Shown: positions 50,181 to 62,969, counted from the first letter of the whole stretch. The stretch is 62,969 nucleotides of DNA, filler included, from Octopus bimaculoides (GCF_001194135.2; 6 parts of 6 records of this genome joined end to end with filler, not necessarily neighbours in it); one strand, 5' to 3'. The notes: generated by a model from the sequence alone, not told the origin. Program-made: numbers and translations.

Positions 50181-50619
50181 GAAAGCTTTATTAAGCATCG
50201 TCTTTTTAAAGTTCCATTTGGAAGGGAGAGTAAAGGTGGAGAAGAAAGCGCTACCTCCCGGCCGGTGAATTATTGCAGAGATGGGTGACCGTGCCAAAAA
50301 CGGTTAGAGTCAACGACACTACTCTAAGCGTGCGCCTGCACACTGGATAGCAGGAGAGGCGGTTCATACCTTTTTGTGGAGCCAGGGTAAATGTGGATCT
50401 GTGGGGTTCCTTGATTGGCCCTAGTTGGGGTTTCTCCTGGATTAGCTCAGCATCATTCATGTTATCACATACTTTGTATACTCCGCATCCTTTTACTGCA
50501 TCTCATTGTACTTTCCACTAAATTCTCTCCATCCTTTATGGAAATCCTCACACAAATTCCTGTCTGTCCTTGTGATGTCCCCCTCATAGATGCCCCTGAG
50601 GCTAATAAAAAAAAATTAT

Positions 50620-50975
<356 letters not shown>

Positions 50976-51765
50976 NNNNNNNNNNNNNNNNNNNNNNNNN
51001 NNNNNNNNNNNNNNNNNNNNNNNNNNNNNNNNNNNNNNNNNNNNNNNNNNNNNNNNNNNNNNNNNNNNNNNNNNNNNNNNNNNNNNNNNNNNNNNNNNNN
51101 NNNNNNNNNNNNNNNNNNNNNNNNNNNNNNNNNNNNNNNNNNNNNNNNNNNNNNNNNNNNNNNNNNNNNNNNNNNNNNNNNNNNNNNNNNNNNNNNNNNN
51201 NNNNNNNNNNNNNNNNNNNNNNNNNNNNNNNNNNNNNNNNNNNNNNNNNNNNNNNNNNNNNNNNNNNNNNNNNNNNNNNNNNNNNNNNNNNNNNNNNNNN
51301 NNNNNNNNNNNNNNNNNNNNNNNNNNNNNNNNNNNNNNNNNNNNNNNNNNNNNNNNNNNNNNNNNNNNNNNNNNNNNNNNNNNNNNNNNNNNNNNNNNNN
51401 NNNNNNNNNNNNNNNNNNNNNNNNNNNNNNNNNNNNNNNNNNNNNNNNNNNNNNNNNNNNNNNNNNNNNNNNNNNNNNNNNNNNNNNNNNNNNNNNNNNN
51501 NNNNNNNNNNNNNNNNNNNNNNNNNNNNNNNNNNNNNNNNNNNNNNNNNNNNNNNNNNNNNNNNNNNNNNNNNNNNNNNNNNNNNNNNNNNNNNNNNNNN
51601 NNNNNNNNNNNNNNNNNNNNNNNNNNNNNNNNNNNNNNNNNNNNNNNNNNNNNNNNNNNNNNNNNNNNNNNNNNNNNNNNNNNNNNNNNNNNNNNNNNNN
51701 NNNNNNNNNNNNNNNNNNNNNNNNNNNNNNNNNNNNNNNNNNNNNNNNNNNNNNNNNNNNNNNNN

Positions 51766-51822
<57 letters not shown>

Positions 51823-51923
51823 AATGATGATGATGATCGTGATGACGCCGACAACAGCTGATCATTACGATCATACGGAACCTAATGATCGGCAACGTTG
51901 CTATTGACAGTAAGAACGCCGCC

Positions 51924-51977
<54 letters not shown>

Positions 51978-52181
51978 AGTGGTGGTGACGGTGGTGGTTG
52001 CGATGGTGACGCTGATTATTCATCACCATCTTCTTCTCCGTCATTAAAATTCTCATCATCATCATCATCATCATCATATGTGTGGTGTATGTGTGTCAGT
52101 GAATATATGTGTGTGTGTATGCATATATACATACATACATACATACATACATACATACATACACATACACATATATATGTT

Positions 52182-52218
<37 letters not shown>

Positions 52219-52219
<1 letters not shown>

Positions 52220-52392
52220 GGCGCAGTCGTAGCTGTGTGGTAAGAAGCTTGCTTCCCAACCACATGGTTCCAGGTTCAGCAGACCCACTGCAGTGGCACC
52301 TTGGGCATGTGTCCTCTACTATAACCTCGGACAGATTAAAGCCTTGTGAATGGATTTGGTAGACGGAGTCTGAAAGAAGCCTGTCGTGTGTG

Positions 52393-52445
<53 letters not shown>

Positions 52446-52600
52446 GTGTATTTGTGCGTCTGTATTTGTCCCCACCTACTATTGCTTGACAACCGATGGA
52501 AGCACTAGGCCTACAAACAATTAATCCTGTGTTCGATTTGTTCGAGTAAAGGCGGTGCTGCAACATGGCTACAGTCAAATGACTGAAACAAGTACAATAA
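52219..52600 (+). mobile_element. SINE family 2, full-length copy
   Basis: ggcgcagtcgtagctgtgtggtaagaagc...ggcaccttgggcatgtgtc...aaaggcggtgctgcaacatggctacagtcaaatgactgaaacaag. Confidence 0.8.
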
Positions 52601-52606
52601 TAAAAA

Positions 52607-52637
<31 letters not shown>

Positions 52638-52699
52638 TGTATACAAGTGTGCATAATACTAGTGCTATCTCATTAAAATTTACAACTATCGCCTTCAAG

Positions 52700-52915
52700 T
52701 TTTGTTACAGGTCTAGTAATTTTTTTTTTTGTGGGGGAGGAGAAGTTGGTCGATTAGGTCGACCCCAGTCTTTAACTGGTACTCATTTTATGGATTGTGA
52801 AAAGAAAGAAATGCAAAGTCGACCTCGGTTGAATTTGATCTCAGAACCTTAAGACGGACAAAACGCAGCCAAGCACTTTAACCGGCATGCTAAAGATTCT
52901 TTCAATTCGCCGCTT
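52700..52915 (-). mobile_element. SINE family 1 copy (degenerate)
   Basis: gtcgattaggtcgaccccag...ggtactcatttt...aaagtcgacctcgg...ttcgccgc. Confidence 0.7.
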
Positions 52916-53849
52916 TATTTACGCCAATTATTCTGATTAAAATTCTTATTGTTATTGTGGGTGCTGTAGTCCCACACACAAACACATACTCTCTCTCTCC
53001 TCCCCTCTCTCTCTCTCTCATACACACACACGCACACACATACACATGCCAACATTACACATTTACACACATGCACAGGCATATACGCACCCCTTATTAA
53101 TTGCTGATCCTGCTGTGTCTACATTTAGTAAACCTTACTTCCGGAATCTATAACATAAGTTAGTAGTCGAGAACTATCATGTGACATAGCTATTAGGGTT
53201 CTGTGATCCTCATGATCAGAAGGGTGCGCGTTCAGTCACTGGGTCAGACATCACATATCACATCCTTGAGCAAGTTGCTTCATTTCATGTTTCCCCAGTT
53301 TGTTCCGCTACAAGTGAGCACCACCAAGGGACATGCTCAATCGCCGGACCTTAGATAATCCGATGGACCGAGAATGTAAGGGCTGTGAGTGTACCCATGT
53401 TTACTCAGGATTATATAGACACCTGAAACAAACGATTAACGTAAGCATGGTACACACTACTAAACGGCACTCGTTCACGTGTGACGCTTAGTTGTACCGT
53501 GCAGTATGGAACTTCTTAACGAATTCGTACGACTGTGCCTAAGTCAAAAGCCGAACAGCTGATATCACGCGTGGAACGAATCTGGCTATCAGCTGATTGT
53601 ATCGTGGAGAAGGACATGTTGCGTTCCTTTACTACTGAAGTACCTGGTGTTAATAGCGAATTAAGTTATGTAATGTACGTATCGGGAAAAAATTGAGGAT
53701 TGGGCATCTGAGTTCCAATTTTGGCAAGGTCAGCTTTGCCTTTCATATTGTTTTGGCTGATAAAATAATTACAAAACGGACACTGAGGTCAGTGTGATAG
53801 ACTTGCCCCTCTCCAGAAATTGCTAGACTTGGACCAAACTTTGAAATCA

Positions 53850-54400
53850 ATTATTTACATTATTTACATTATTTACATTTGAACGGATATTTGTCCTCAT
53901 CTTGTTTGCTGTTAACACAACGTTTCGACTGATATACCCTCCAGCCTTCATCAGGAGTCTTGTTAACAAATACCCGTCAAATGTAAATAATATAAATAAT
54001 GTAAATAATGTACATAATTCGTCATCTCTTAAATAGAGAACTGTATTAAATATAGAACTGTATTAAATATAGAACTGTATTAAATATAGAAAATATAGAA
54101 CTCCTGTTTTACATCAGGAATTTCGTGTGAGTTGTTACACCACCACCTGTTGTACCTCCGTGTTCCAGCGATGTATGCAAGCGTTGTGGGGATTGGGGAT
54201 GTATAGACGCCTCCTGGTGTTTTATTAAGGGGTTGTGCTTCTTGTCTCTCGTTGAATTAGTGTTTGTTCTGTTGCGGCTGGGGTTGTGTGGTGTGGGTTG
54301 TATGATCTCATTACGTTTTAAGCTTGTACAGTATACGTGGCACGAGTGGTGTTGTTAATTGTACAGAGTGTGTGTATGTGTGTTGCGTATGAGGAGTGTT
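53850..54400 (-). mobile_element. Penelope-like retroelement remnant with inverted repeat and hammerhead motif
   Basis: cctgatgaaggc...gtcgaaacgt signature enclosed by 43-44-bp inverted arms (53850-53893 / 53967-54009); 17-bp tandem aaatatagaactgtatt next to it. Confidence 0.55.
53911..53967 (-). ncRNA. Minimal hammerhead-like motif
   Basis: Minus strand gttaacaagactc-CTGATGA-A-GGCTG gagggtatat CAGTC-GAAAC-GTT-gtgttaac; palindromic ACGT helix III. Confidence 0.7.
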
Positions 54401-54429
54401 CTACTTGAGTTATTCTATTGAATCGCGAA

Positions 54430-54542
54430 CTATCATCATCCTCATCACCAACACCATCATCATCATCATCATCATCACCATCACCATCATCATCATCATC
54501 ACCATCACCATCACCATCACCATCATCATCACCAACACCATC

Positions 54543-54573
<31 letters not shown>

Positions 54574-54615
54574 CCATCATCACCATCACCATCATCATCA
54601 TCATCATCATCATTA
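54430..54615. repeat. (CAT/CAC)n trinucleotide microsatellite
   Basis: Directly visible. Confidence 0.95.
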
Positions 54616-54627
54616 CTATTATTTTGA

Positions 54628-54860
54628 GGGCGGCGAACTGGCAGAATCGTTAGCACGCCGGACGAAATGCATATCAGTATTTTGCCGTTCGCTACGTTCT
54701 GAGTTCAAATTCCACCGATGTCGACTTTCATCCTTTCGGGCTCGACAAAATGAGTACCAATCGAACACTAGGGTCGATGTAATCGATTCATCTCGTCCCC
54801 CAAAATTGTTACCCATGTGGCAAAATTTGAAACCATTATTATTATTATGATTATTATTAC

Positions 54861-54893
<33 letters not shown>

Positions 54894-55290
54894 GGCAGCG
54901 AGCTGGCAGAATCGTTAGCATGCCGAACGAAATGCTTAGCGGCATTTTCGTCTACCTCAAACGTTCTGTTGTGGTCGACATTGCTTTCATGCTTTCTGGG
55001 TCGATAAAATAAATACTAGTTGAGCACTGGAGTCGATGTAATCGACTTACCCCTTTGCCGAAATTGCTAGCCCTGTGCAAAAGTTTGAAACTACTATCAC
55101 TAAAGTGGAGAGCTAGCAGAATCGTTAGCACGCCGGACGAAATGGTTAGAGGCATTTGGCCAATTTTTATTTCCTGAGTTCGAATCCGTTGAGGCCGATT
55201 TACCTTTCATCCAGTTGAATAGTGGTGTCGATGGAATCGACTCACCCACTTTCCCGGACAATTACTAGACTTGTGCCATTATTTAAAACA
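54628..55290 (+). mobile_element. Three head-to-tail SINE family 1 copies (54628-54834, 54894-55091, 55103-55290)
   Basis: Each begins with a variant of ggcggcgagctggcagaatcgttagc and ends with a variant of tttgaaac; (ATT)n follows the first and third. Confidence 0.85.
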
Positions 55291-55294
55291 ATTA

Positions 55295-55361
<67 letters not shown>

Positions 55362-55396
55362 AGGCCTTGTGCTTATAATAGAAAAAAATAATAATG

Positions 55397-55942
55397 CAGT
55401 ACCAGCCAGTGGCTCTCGTGGATTCTGATCTTAATTGATTGGAAGTGTAATCAGGTACATTGTTTTGTCTTGGTATAAAAGATGGGCTACAGCAAATAAA
55501 CTGCTTAATACCACAGATTTGCTTGTCAGTTGCTTGACCTTAACCAGTTGAGCATGACCCTTGGTGGCTGACGATATGTGCATCTCTGATCACGAGCAGA
55601 AGTAGTGGGGGGGGCATCGTAGTCATGTGTTGAGAGGAATTATTTGGGGTTTGAATAATTCACCTTTGGAAACAGGAGTGTTTTGCTCAACATCCTTAAA
55701 CAAACCTTATTCAGGGACCTTTTGAGTGGGATGGGATACTCGACCTGAAGAAAATTCTAGCTGGGTCCCACCAGCGAGGTCATGAGCTGTTTATCTTGAT
55801 ATGAGATCGCCATGTTGCACACATATGGCTGTGATGCACGTGCCTGGTGTACCCTTATCAGACGGGTATTCATGATTGGTATATTGGGCTTCGTATATTT
55901 TAACCCAGTTTGACTTTGATGGCATGCACTGCTCTCTCACTC

Positions 55943-55945
<3 letters not shown>
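55397..55945 (+). mobile_element. Unclassified retroposon with (AAT)n tail
   Basis: ~550-bp complex segment ending ctctctcactc(aat)n; recalled as an abundant octopus repeat, family not assigned. Confidence 0.5.
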
Positions 55946-55984
<39 letters not shown>

Positions 55985-55999
55985 TTATTTGCGCTGCAC

Positions 56000-56067
<68 letters not shown>

Positions 56068-56813
56068 CCTAAAGTGATGTAAGCGATGGCAACACGAAGA
56101 CATCTATAGTTCTACGATGTGTCTTCTGAGGGGAATCAGAGACATTCATCTCGTTCTTATTGCAAATTTTTGTCTCTCTGTTATGTTATCCCGATTACTT
56201 TCATTCTACGCATTCTTTATATATATCGAAATTGTCCATTTCATTCAGCAAACCAACCGTCATTATTTTCTGTGGCTTGTCTCAGTCTCTGTCTGTATGT
56301 CTCTCTGTATGTCTCTCTCTCTCTCTCTCTCTCTCACATACACACACACACACACACACATGCATATATGTATGAACACAAATGGGTCGACGTTCATTAA
56401 GCTGTTCCACTTCTTCGTATGTAAGTAAGTGGTAAGACAGGATTGTACATATATTAATGCGTGAGTATCCATATATTCTCTTGGTACACACATATGTCAT
56501 TCTCGACTCTCGGTTGGTCTCATTATTATTAAAATACTTGGCTCATTTGGATCCTGCAAACAATTAATTATCTATAGGATCCCTGAAGTAAATGTAGAAG
56601 GATATCCGATGGCATGTGCCTCCATGCAGTTGATGACATCAGGTAGCGAAATACTGAAACCGGGCTTTAAACGGAATGTTACAAGGTGTATACCCGAATA
56701 TTTCATTATATATATGTATATATAGTTGAAATTTACAGAAAAACAAAAGACGAAGACAGGTGTATAAGCTACAAGCAGGTGTAGTAGTTTGACGCTCGGG
56801 AAAGTTAGAAAGT

Positions 56814-56849
56814 CTTTTACGTTTCGAGTCTAGGCTCTTCAACAGAAAG
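56814..56849 (-). ncRNA. Minimal hammerhead-like motif, variant core (CUG-U-U-GA)
   Basis: Minus strand cttt-CTGTTGA-A-GAGC ctag ACTC-GAAAC-GTA-aaag; homologue of 19832-19867. Confidence 0.55.
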
Positions 56850-56914
56850 GAACACGATGGAATAAACTGAGAGAGAATACAAATGCTTGTAACTTAAACG
56901 ATCAATCATGGTGA

Positions 56915-56974
<60 letters not shown>

Positions 56975-56998
56975 ATGTGTGTGTGTGTNNNNNNNNNN

Positions 56999-57035
<37 letters not shown>

Positions 57036-57130
57036 ATGTGTGTGTGTGTGTGTGTGTGTGTATAGATATATATGTATGTATATATATGTCTGTATGTATA
57101 TATATATATGTATATGCATGTATATATATG

Positions 57131-57191
<61 letters not shown>

Positions 57192-57238
57192 TGAGAGAGA
57201 GGAGAGAGAGGAGAGAGAGGAGAGAGAGGAGAGAGAAT

Positions 57239-57279
<41 letters not shown>

Positions 57280-57902
57280 GTATTTATAATTATATTTCTC
57301 TCTATCGGTGTGTGTGCCTTTGTATGTATGCGTGAGTGTGTCCCCACTTCACCTATCAAAATCCATCCACCCATTTCTCTTATTATCCATCCATTCATCC
57401 ACCCGCCTACTCATAGATTTTTAATTAAGTAGACTCACAATAAAGCCTGATACAATTTAGTGAACAAACTCTATTGATATCATGAAATTATCTGTCTAGT
57501 TTGTTGATTTCCTTATATGTTCTACTTAGCAAACTATCGCTAGATCTATATATATATGTCATCTTATGTGTTTGCTTTTTGCTTAACTGTCTATTTGTGT
57601 ATGTCTAACTGACAATAGTCACGCTATTCCTAACGTTTCTAGCGCAGAATCACTCTAACGATAACATCTAAATATCTACAGCTTTCCTTCTTTGTCTGTC
57701 TGCTTTTCTCTCTTTTTCTCTCTCTCGTTTTCCCTCCCTTTCTTCTTCTCTTCCTTTCACTCTTTCTCTCTCGATATACATATATATATTTATACATATA
57801 TATGCATATGTATATATATACACACACACACACACAGATATATATATATATATATGCACCAGCATGACCGCAGCCACTTGGCTGAAACACATAAATAAAT
57901 AA

Positions 57903-57943
<41 letters not shown>

Positions 57944-58043
57944 NNNNNNNNNNNNNNNNNNNNNNNNNNNNNNNNNNNNNNNNNNNNTTAATTAATTAAN
58001 NNNNNNNNNNNNNNNNNNNNNNNNNNNNNNNNNNNNNNNNNNN
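57944..58043. other. Artificial scaffold-join linker
   Basis: 44 N + TTAATTAATTAA + 44 N. Confidence 0.97.
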
Positions 58044-58631
58044 GGTGTGTTTACGTTCCCGTAACTTAACGGTTCGGCACAAAGGCCAGATAGAATAAGT
58101 ACGAGGCTAACAAAGCATAACTCCTGGTATCGATTGATTGGCTAAAAGACTCTATTCCATTTGAAGATGTGAAAAATATGCTGTGATATATATATGAAAG
58201 ATCCTGAGGGATTTAGCATCCACAAACTGATCGCCACTGCGTAATGCCAAAGAATCCACTCTCAATCTAGAGTAAGGGTATTAAACTGTTATAGATTAAA
58301 GTTCAAAGGCCCACAACTTTTCAATACCTTGCCAAAATAGGGACGTGAGTGTTGTAGATGTGGTTGTCTTGAAGACCCTTTAGAAAAATTTTACATCTAA
58401 AGCACCAGATGAACCCAACACCACAGCAAGAAAAATAAACAAGAGCAGCTTTGTTCAACTCCAAGATTCACCTGAAGCAAATCCAGAGAGAAGGTCTGGT
58501 AGTGAGTTTGAAATATACTAAATATCACACAATTAGTGGGGCCCCAGCATCGTCTAAACCAGTAAGAGATAGACGACAAACAGTCAGACAGACACAAATA
58601 GATTTATTGCTAGATACATAGATAGATACGC

Positions 58632-58662
<31 letters not shown>

Positions 58663-58683
58663 CAGACACATAGGCAGACAGAC

Positions 58684-58735
<52 letters not shown>

Positions 58736-59039
58736 GAGGGTGTGGTATTAAGAAGGATTTTTCCTGTTTTTTTCTAAATCTGGCACAACAGTTGAGCTAA
58801 GATTTCTATAGAATAATAGTTTCTTCATCTTTGATATGTTTATTGGTGCAGAAAGTTTGTGGGAATGAAGTAAGACATTATAGACATCTTTACAATGTGC
58901 GTCACCTTCGGTAATAATATTCTATCGTGTAAGAAACTGAATACATACAAGTGCATGCGTGTGTGTATGTATATGTGTATGTGTGTGCGTGTATGAGTAA
59001 GTATGTATACTTGAATGCGTGTGTGTATGTTTGTATGTA

Positions 59040-59699
59040 CAGGGTGTGTTAGGTTTTTGAGGACACTTCTTTCAAGAACTCTTTCTTCAAACTCTTTTTC
59101 ATTACTTTTCAGATAAATGATGTCAGACATCAAGAATGACTCATTTATGAAAAGGCCTGCTGTAATTGTTGCGTTAAAAGCGCAACAGAGACACCTCGTT
59201 TCCTGAAATTTGCCAGATGCATCGTTATCAAAGTTTGAAAGAAGCTGGAAGCTGCTGGTGGCGATGCAACTTCAGCATCTAAACGTAAAATGCATCATGC
59301 ATAGGATACTAATAATATTAGAACTCATGACTTTGTACAAAAAAGTTTAAGTGATTATAGATAAAACTCCCAAGAAATCAATCACAGCTACTATAAAGGA
59401 CCTCAAGGTTTCAGAATACGCCATCAGAAGAGATGTGTATGAGGATATCTGGTACGAGTCGGATGTGATGCGGAGGGGTCAGTTTATGGCGATTCATGCA
59501 ATGAGCTTGCTAAACAGCTTGAAACGCCAAGAGGCTGGAATGCTTTCGTTTCTCTTCAATGAGAAAAACTTCGATCAGGACCAAAAGTAAAACCGCTATA
59601 TTGAAGGTTATGCAGAGACCCAAATGAGGTTCCAGCCGTCATGCATACTGTAATGGTTCTGGGAATCGTCAGCAACAAGGGAGATGCCAAGCCTTATCA
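59040..59699 (+). mobile_element. Tc1/mariner DD37D (maT-like) transposon remnant, 5' end and partial transposase
   Basis: ta-cagggtgt start; IIDKTPKKSITATIKDLKVSEYAIRRDVYEDIWYESDVMRRGQFM...FNEKNFDQDQK*...LCRDPNEVPAVMHT VMVLGIVSN. Confidence 0.85.
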
Positions 59700-59799
59700 N
59701 NNNNNNNNNNNNNNNNNNNNNNNNNNNNNNNNNNNNNNNNNNNTTAATTAATTAANNNNNNNNNNNNNNNNNNNNNNNNNNNNNNNNNNNNNNNNNNNN
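59700..59799. other. Artificial scaffold-join linker
   Basis: 44 N + TTAATTAATTAA + 44 N. Confidence 0.97.
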
Positions 59800-59946
59800 G
59801 CTGGTGCTGGAGATAGTGGCGATATCCCTGCTAGCGATATACATAAAATCACAGTGTCTAAACAGGCTCTAGTGTTGTGAATAGCCATCGGGCTTATTAA
59901 AAACAAAATTATTATTAGCGACAGCAGCAGAATTAATACAAAAATG

Positions 59947-59983
<37 letters not shown>

Positions 59984-60813
59984 TCAGTTGACAAAGAAAA
60001 GAAAGGCACTCAATACATATGATAGGTGTTACGTATATTTTTGATGAGTTTGACTCAGTTCCACACATAGTAGGATGTACATGGGTGTGTTTCTGTGTGC
60101 GTGCGTGCGTACGTGTGTTTCTTTGCGCATGCCCGACTGTGTTTATATGTTACTAATTGTAAATTGTATACAGAGCAATTCTGAGTACTATTAAATACTT
60201 AGAAGCAAAATCATAATTCTATTATATTACAATATAAAATTTATACAAATATTCAATGTTTGGTATTTCGGCGCCACAAATACCCCACTGATAGTTCGGA
60301 AAATTATAAACAAAGCAAATCAGAGAAACGACAAAATTAATTTTAAAAGATTATTCTGTACGATTTCGCTAACCAACCATAGCGTCACTGTATCCGGAAG
60401 CTTTGGTCAAATGAAAATATCTAAACAGGGTGTCATTGAGAAATCCCTCCAAATTTTATTTTATCAGCCTCGTTTGGACTCACAACTTAACTTATATAAC
60501 TGGTTTAAATTGGGAAAGGCATTTTTCGGACGCTCTGACGAGTTCACATTATCTAACTTACCTTTTTTTTCTCCATTTAAATTGTATCTACCAGAAAATT
60601 AAACTAAGAGTATCTTTCGTATTTGGTTCGTATGTTTTAGTACGTAGTATTTTGTAAGGAAAGGGTCACATGGTTTTTTTCTTATATATATTTTGAACAT
60701 ATTTGTTCTCCATACCACTCTCCCTAATCCTACGTTCATTATCTGTTCTACACACACTCACACACACACACATGTACATAGATGTATGTATGTATATATG
60801 TATATAGATATAC

Positions 60814-60895
<82 letters not shown>

Positions 60896-60964
60896 TTGTT
60901 TGCGTGTGTATCATGGACTCTCCCGTCGTTAGACTTCGTATGAGGGTTCGGAAATTTCTTACTG

Positions 60965-61202
60965 AACAACTACACAGATGATTTGTTTATAGTGATCAAA
61001 TATTTGTGTTCATATAAGCTGACTCCCTCCATCAAATCGACATTACTTGTATAGGTGCACCATGTGCTACATGTCAAATGACGAAATGATCGCAGAGCAA
61101 CGTGAAATGAAGCAGTTTGCTCAAGAACACAACGCAACACCCGGTCTGGGAATCGAACCCGCGATCTCACAATCGTGAGTGCAACGCCCTAACCACTGAG
61201 CC
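60965..61202 (-). mobile_element. tRNA(Arg-like)-derived SINE (family 3-type head, different body)
   Basis: Minus strand tggctcagtggttagggcgttgcactcacgattgtgagatcgcgggttcgattcccagaccggg then tgtgttcttgagcaaactgcttcatttcacgttgctc. Confidence 0.75.
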
Positions 61203-61244
61203 ATACATACGTACATACATGTATATACATGTATATATAAATGA

Positions 61245-61515
61245 GTGGATTTGGTAGACGGAAACTGAAAGAAGCCCGTCGTATATATGTATATATATAT
61301 GTATGTGTGTATATGTTGTGTATCTGTGTTTGTCCCCCCCAACATCGCCTGACAACCGATGCTGGTGTGTTTAGGTCCCCGTAACTTAGCGGTTCGGCGA
61401 AAAGAGACCGATAGAATAAGTACTAGGCTTACAAAGAATAAGTCCTGAGGTCGATTTGATTCGACTAAAGGCGGTGCTCCAGCATGACCTCAGTCAAAAG
61501 ACTGAAACAAGTAAA
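61245..61515 (+). mobile_element. SINE family 2, 5'-truncated copy
   Basis: gtggatttggtagacggaaactgaaagaagcccgtcg...aaaggcggtgctccagcatgacctcagtcaaaagactgaaacaag. Confidence 0.8.
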
Positions 61516-61518
61516 AGA

Positions 61519-61556
<38 letters not shown>

Positions 61557-61587
61557 TATCTTTTATTTGTTTTGGTCACTCGACTGT

Positions 61588-61687
61588 NNNNNNNNNNNNN
61601 NNNNNNNNNNNNNNNNNNNNNNNNNNNNNNNTTAATTAATTAANNNNNNNNNNNNNNNNNNNNNNNNNNNNNNNNNNNNNNNNNNNN
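61588..61687. other. Artificial scaffold-join linker
   Basis: 44 N + TTAATTAATTAA + 44 N. Confidence 0.97.
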
Positions 61688-61719
61688 CACACATATATAT
61701 ATACACAAATTTAAGTCAG

Positions 61720-62047
61720 GTCAACCTGTTACGAAAATATATAACTTCACCTGTGCTTCGAAGAACTTAATCTATGTTCTCAAGTGTGAGGGTGTGGTGG
61801 CGACTGGATAGGTCAAACTATTTTAACCTTGAGGGATAGGCTAATGGTGCACAAGCAAGAAATCCAGAACCGCACGACCAGAAAAATTCCTGGAAGCAAG
61901 CACTTAGACCAATCTCTTCTAAACATAAACCCGAAATGCCAAACCTTCCCTCCTTATCAATGCACCGGCATCAGTTCAACCCAATTTCGTGTAAATAAGG
62001 AAAGCATACGCATTAAAAAATATAAACAACAGCTGAATATCCTTTAG
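61720..62047 (+). mobile_element. Penelope-like element GIY-YIG endonuclease remnant
   Basis: FTCASKNLIYVLKCEG / IGQTILTLRDRLMVHKQEI...KHLD...RVNKESIRIKKYKQQLN with one frameshift; typical PLE EN C-terminus. Confidence 0.85.
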
Positions 62048-62084
62048 AAAAGAGAAAAAAAACCCTAAAGAGAAAAGGAAAAAA

Positions 62085-62317
62085 AAGAGACGAATAGATT
62101 AAAAATGAACCACAATCCGTTACAAGCTATGACCCTAACAAACTTTATGCAGTTCTTAGAAGTGTAATATATTTTGAGCGACATTAGTAGTAACGTGGAC
62201 TTTTGTCTCTTCTGTAATATGTTGTGCACACATACACACACATATTTAACTATATGCACACATGCAAATACACAAATATTTGTACTTTATCTGTATTTTC
62301 TTATTTTGATACGTTTA

Positions 62318-62351
<34 letters not shown>

Positions 62352-62969
62352 CAAAATTAGCAACAGCATATCAAGAGGTGATGCAGTATGACCGTTTCTA
62401 GAGGCTCCTTTTAGTTGGACAATGCAATCATTACATCAATTTAAATGCAGGGCTATCCTCAGCTACATAAATAAATAAGATTTTTTAATAAGTTGGACAC
62501 ATTAATATAATTTTACATAAATTCTCTAATAGAGCAAGAAGAGGGAAAAAGTCCATGTTGCTACTAATATAGCCCAAAATATACTATACTTATAAGAACT
62601 GTATTAAAGTATTTATGATTATACCCAACTATAAACTGTCAACTCACTTCGTCCATCCATTTTAAACAGACACTGTCCTCTATCCTTAGATTTGGTAGTT
62701 CATAAAAAGACTAATAAATTAAAAATGAACCACAATCCGTTACAAGCTATGACACTAACAAACTTTATGCAGTTCTTAGAAATGTTATATATTTTGAACT
62801 ACATTAGTAGCAACATGGACTTTCCCTCTGTTCTTGCTTTGTTAGAGAATTTAAGTAAAATTATATTAATGTGTCCAATTGATTAAACAGTTCTATTTAT
62901 TTATGCAGCTGAGGATAGCCCTGCATTTAAATGGATGTAATAATTGCATTATTCCAATAAATGGAGCCG
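62085..62969. mobile_element. Penelope pLTR-like region: direct repeats 62085-62203 / 62705-62823 and inverted arms 62403-62610 / 62761-62968
   Basis: Repeats aligned by eye (roughly 80-90% identity); immediately follows the EN remnant. Confidence 0.75.
62381..62468 (-). ncRNA. Degenerate hammerhead-like motif with enlarged helix II region (mirror partial copy on + at 62903-62969)
   Basis: Minus strand atgtag-CTGAGGA-tagccc...ggagcctcta-GAAAC-ggtc-ata-ctgcat; helix I pairs, helix II is poor. Confidence 0.45.

Noticed and set aside
56625-56675. ttgatga-catcaggta gcgaaa tactg-aaaccgg, possible further hammerhead
   Set aside because: C3 missing, GAAA overlaps helix II, no clear helix I; not counted.
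60545-60620. Minus-strand donor AAG|GTAAGT with a ~26-nt candidate exon
   Set aside because: Too short and AT-rich to support; cannot be linked to SLC2A13 across linkers.
61140-61202. tRNA-Arg-like sequence (also 38120-38194)
   Set aside because: A/B boxes present, but no proper acceptor stem and it continues into a SINE body, so it is a SINE head rather than a tRNA gene.

Overview
AT-rich, microsatellite-dense, gap-ridden animal genomic DNA. The repeat content suggests an octopus such as Octopus bimaculoides (inference). The window is six scaffold pieces joined by five identical artificial 100-bp linkers (44 N + TTAATTAATTAA + 44 N), so gene continuity across those joins cannot be assumed. 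Supported coding sequence is all on the minus strand: (1) four phase-compatible exons, TM3-end to C-terminus, of a rhodopsin-class neuropeptide GPCR (19472->9032), with exons the ORF track misses or only clips; (2) the last two exons of the proton/myo-inositol cotransporter SLC2A13 (33821->30053); (3) a long homopeptide-rich N-terminal exon of a probable MARVEL-domain protein, cut by a linker (22558->21524); (4) an unassigned 204-codon ORF (4164->3550) with weak ionotropic-receptor-like motifs. The rest is tRNA-derived SINEs, RTE, R4/Dong and Penelope retroelement remnants, mariner and DD37D remnants, a MITE, a Helentron-type element and simple repeats. Most notable: seven minimal hammerhead-ribozyme-like motifs, including a repeat family with a shared non-canonical core (CUG-U-NGA); a perfect 97-bp palindrome in the last GPCR intron; an exact 174-bp copy of coding sequence next to a Helentron-like element, making a chimeric ORF; and a 126-bp fold-back downstream of SLC2A13. 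Most ORF-track entries are microsatellite or N-gap noise. All family calls are by eye; no searches were run.
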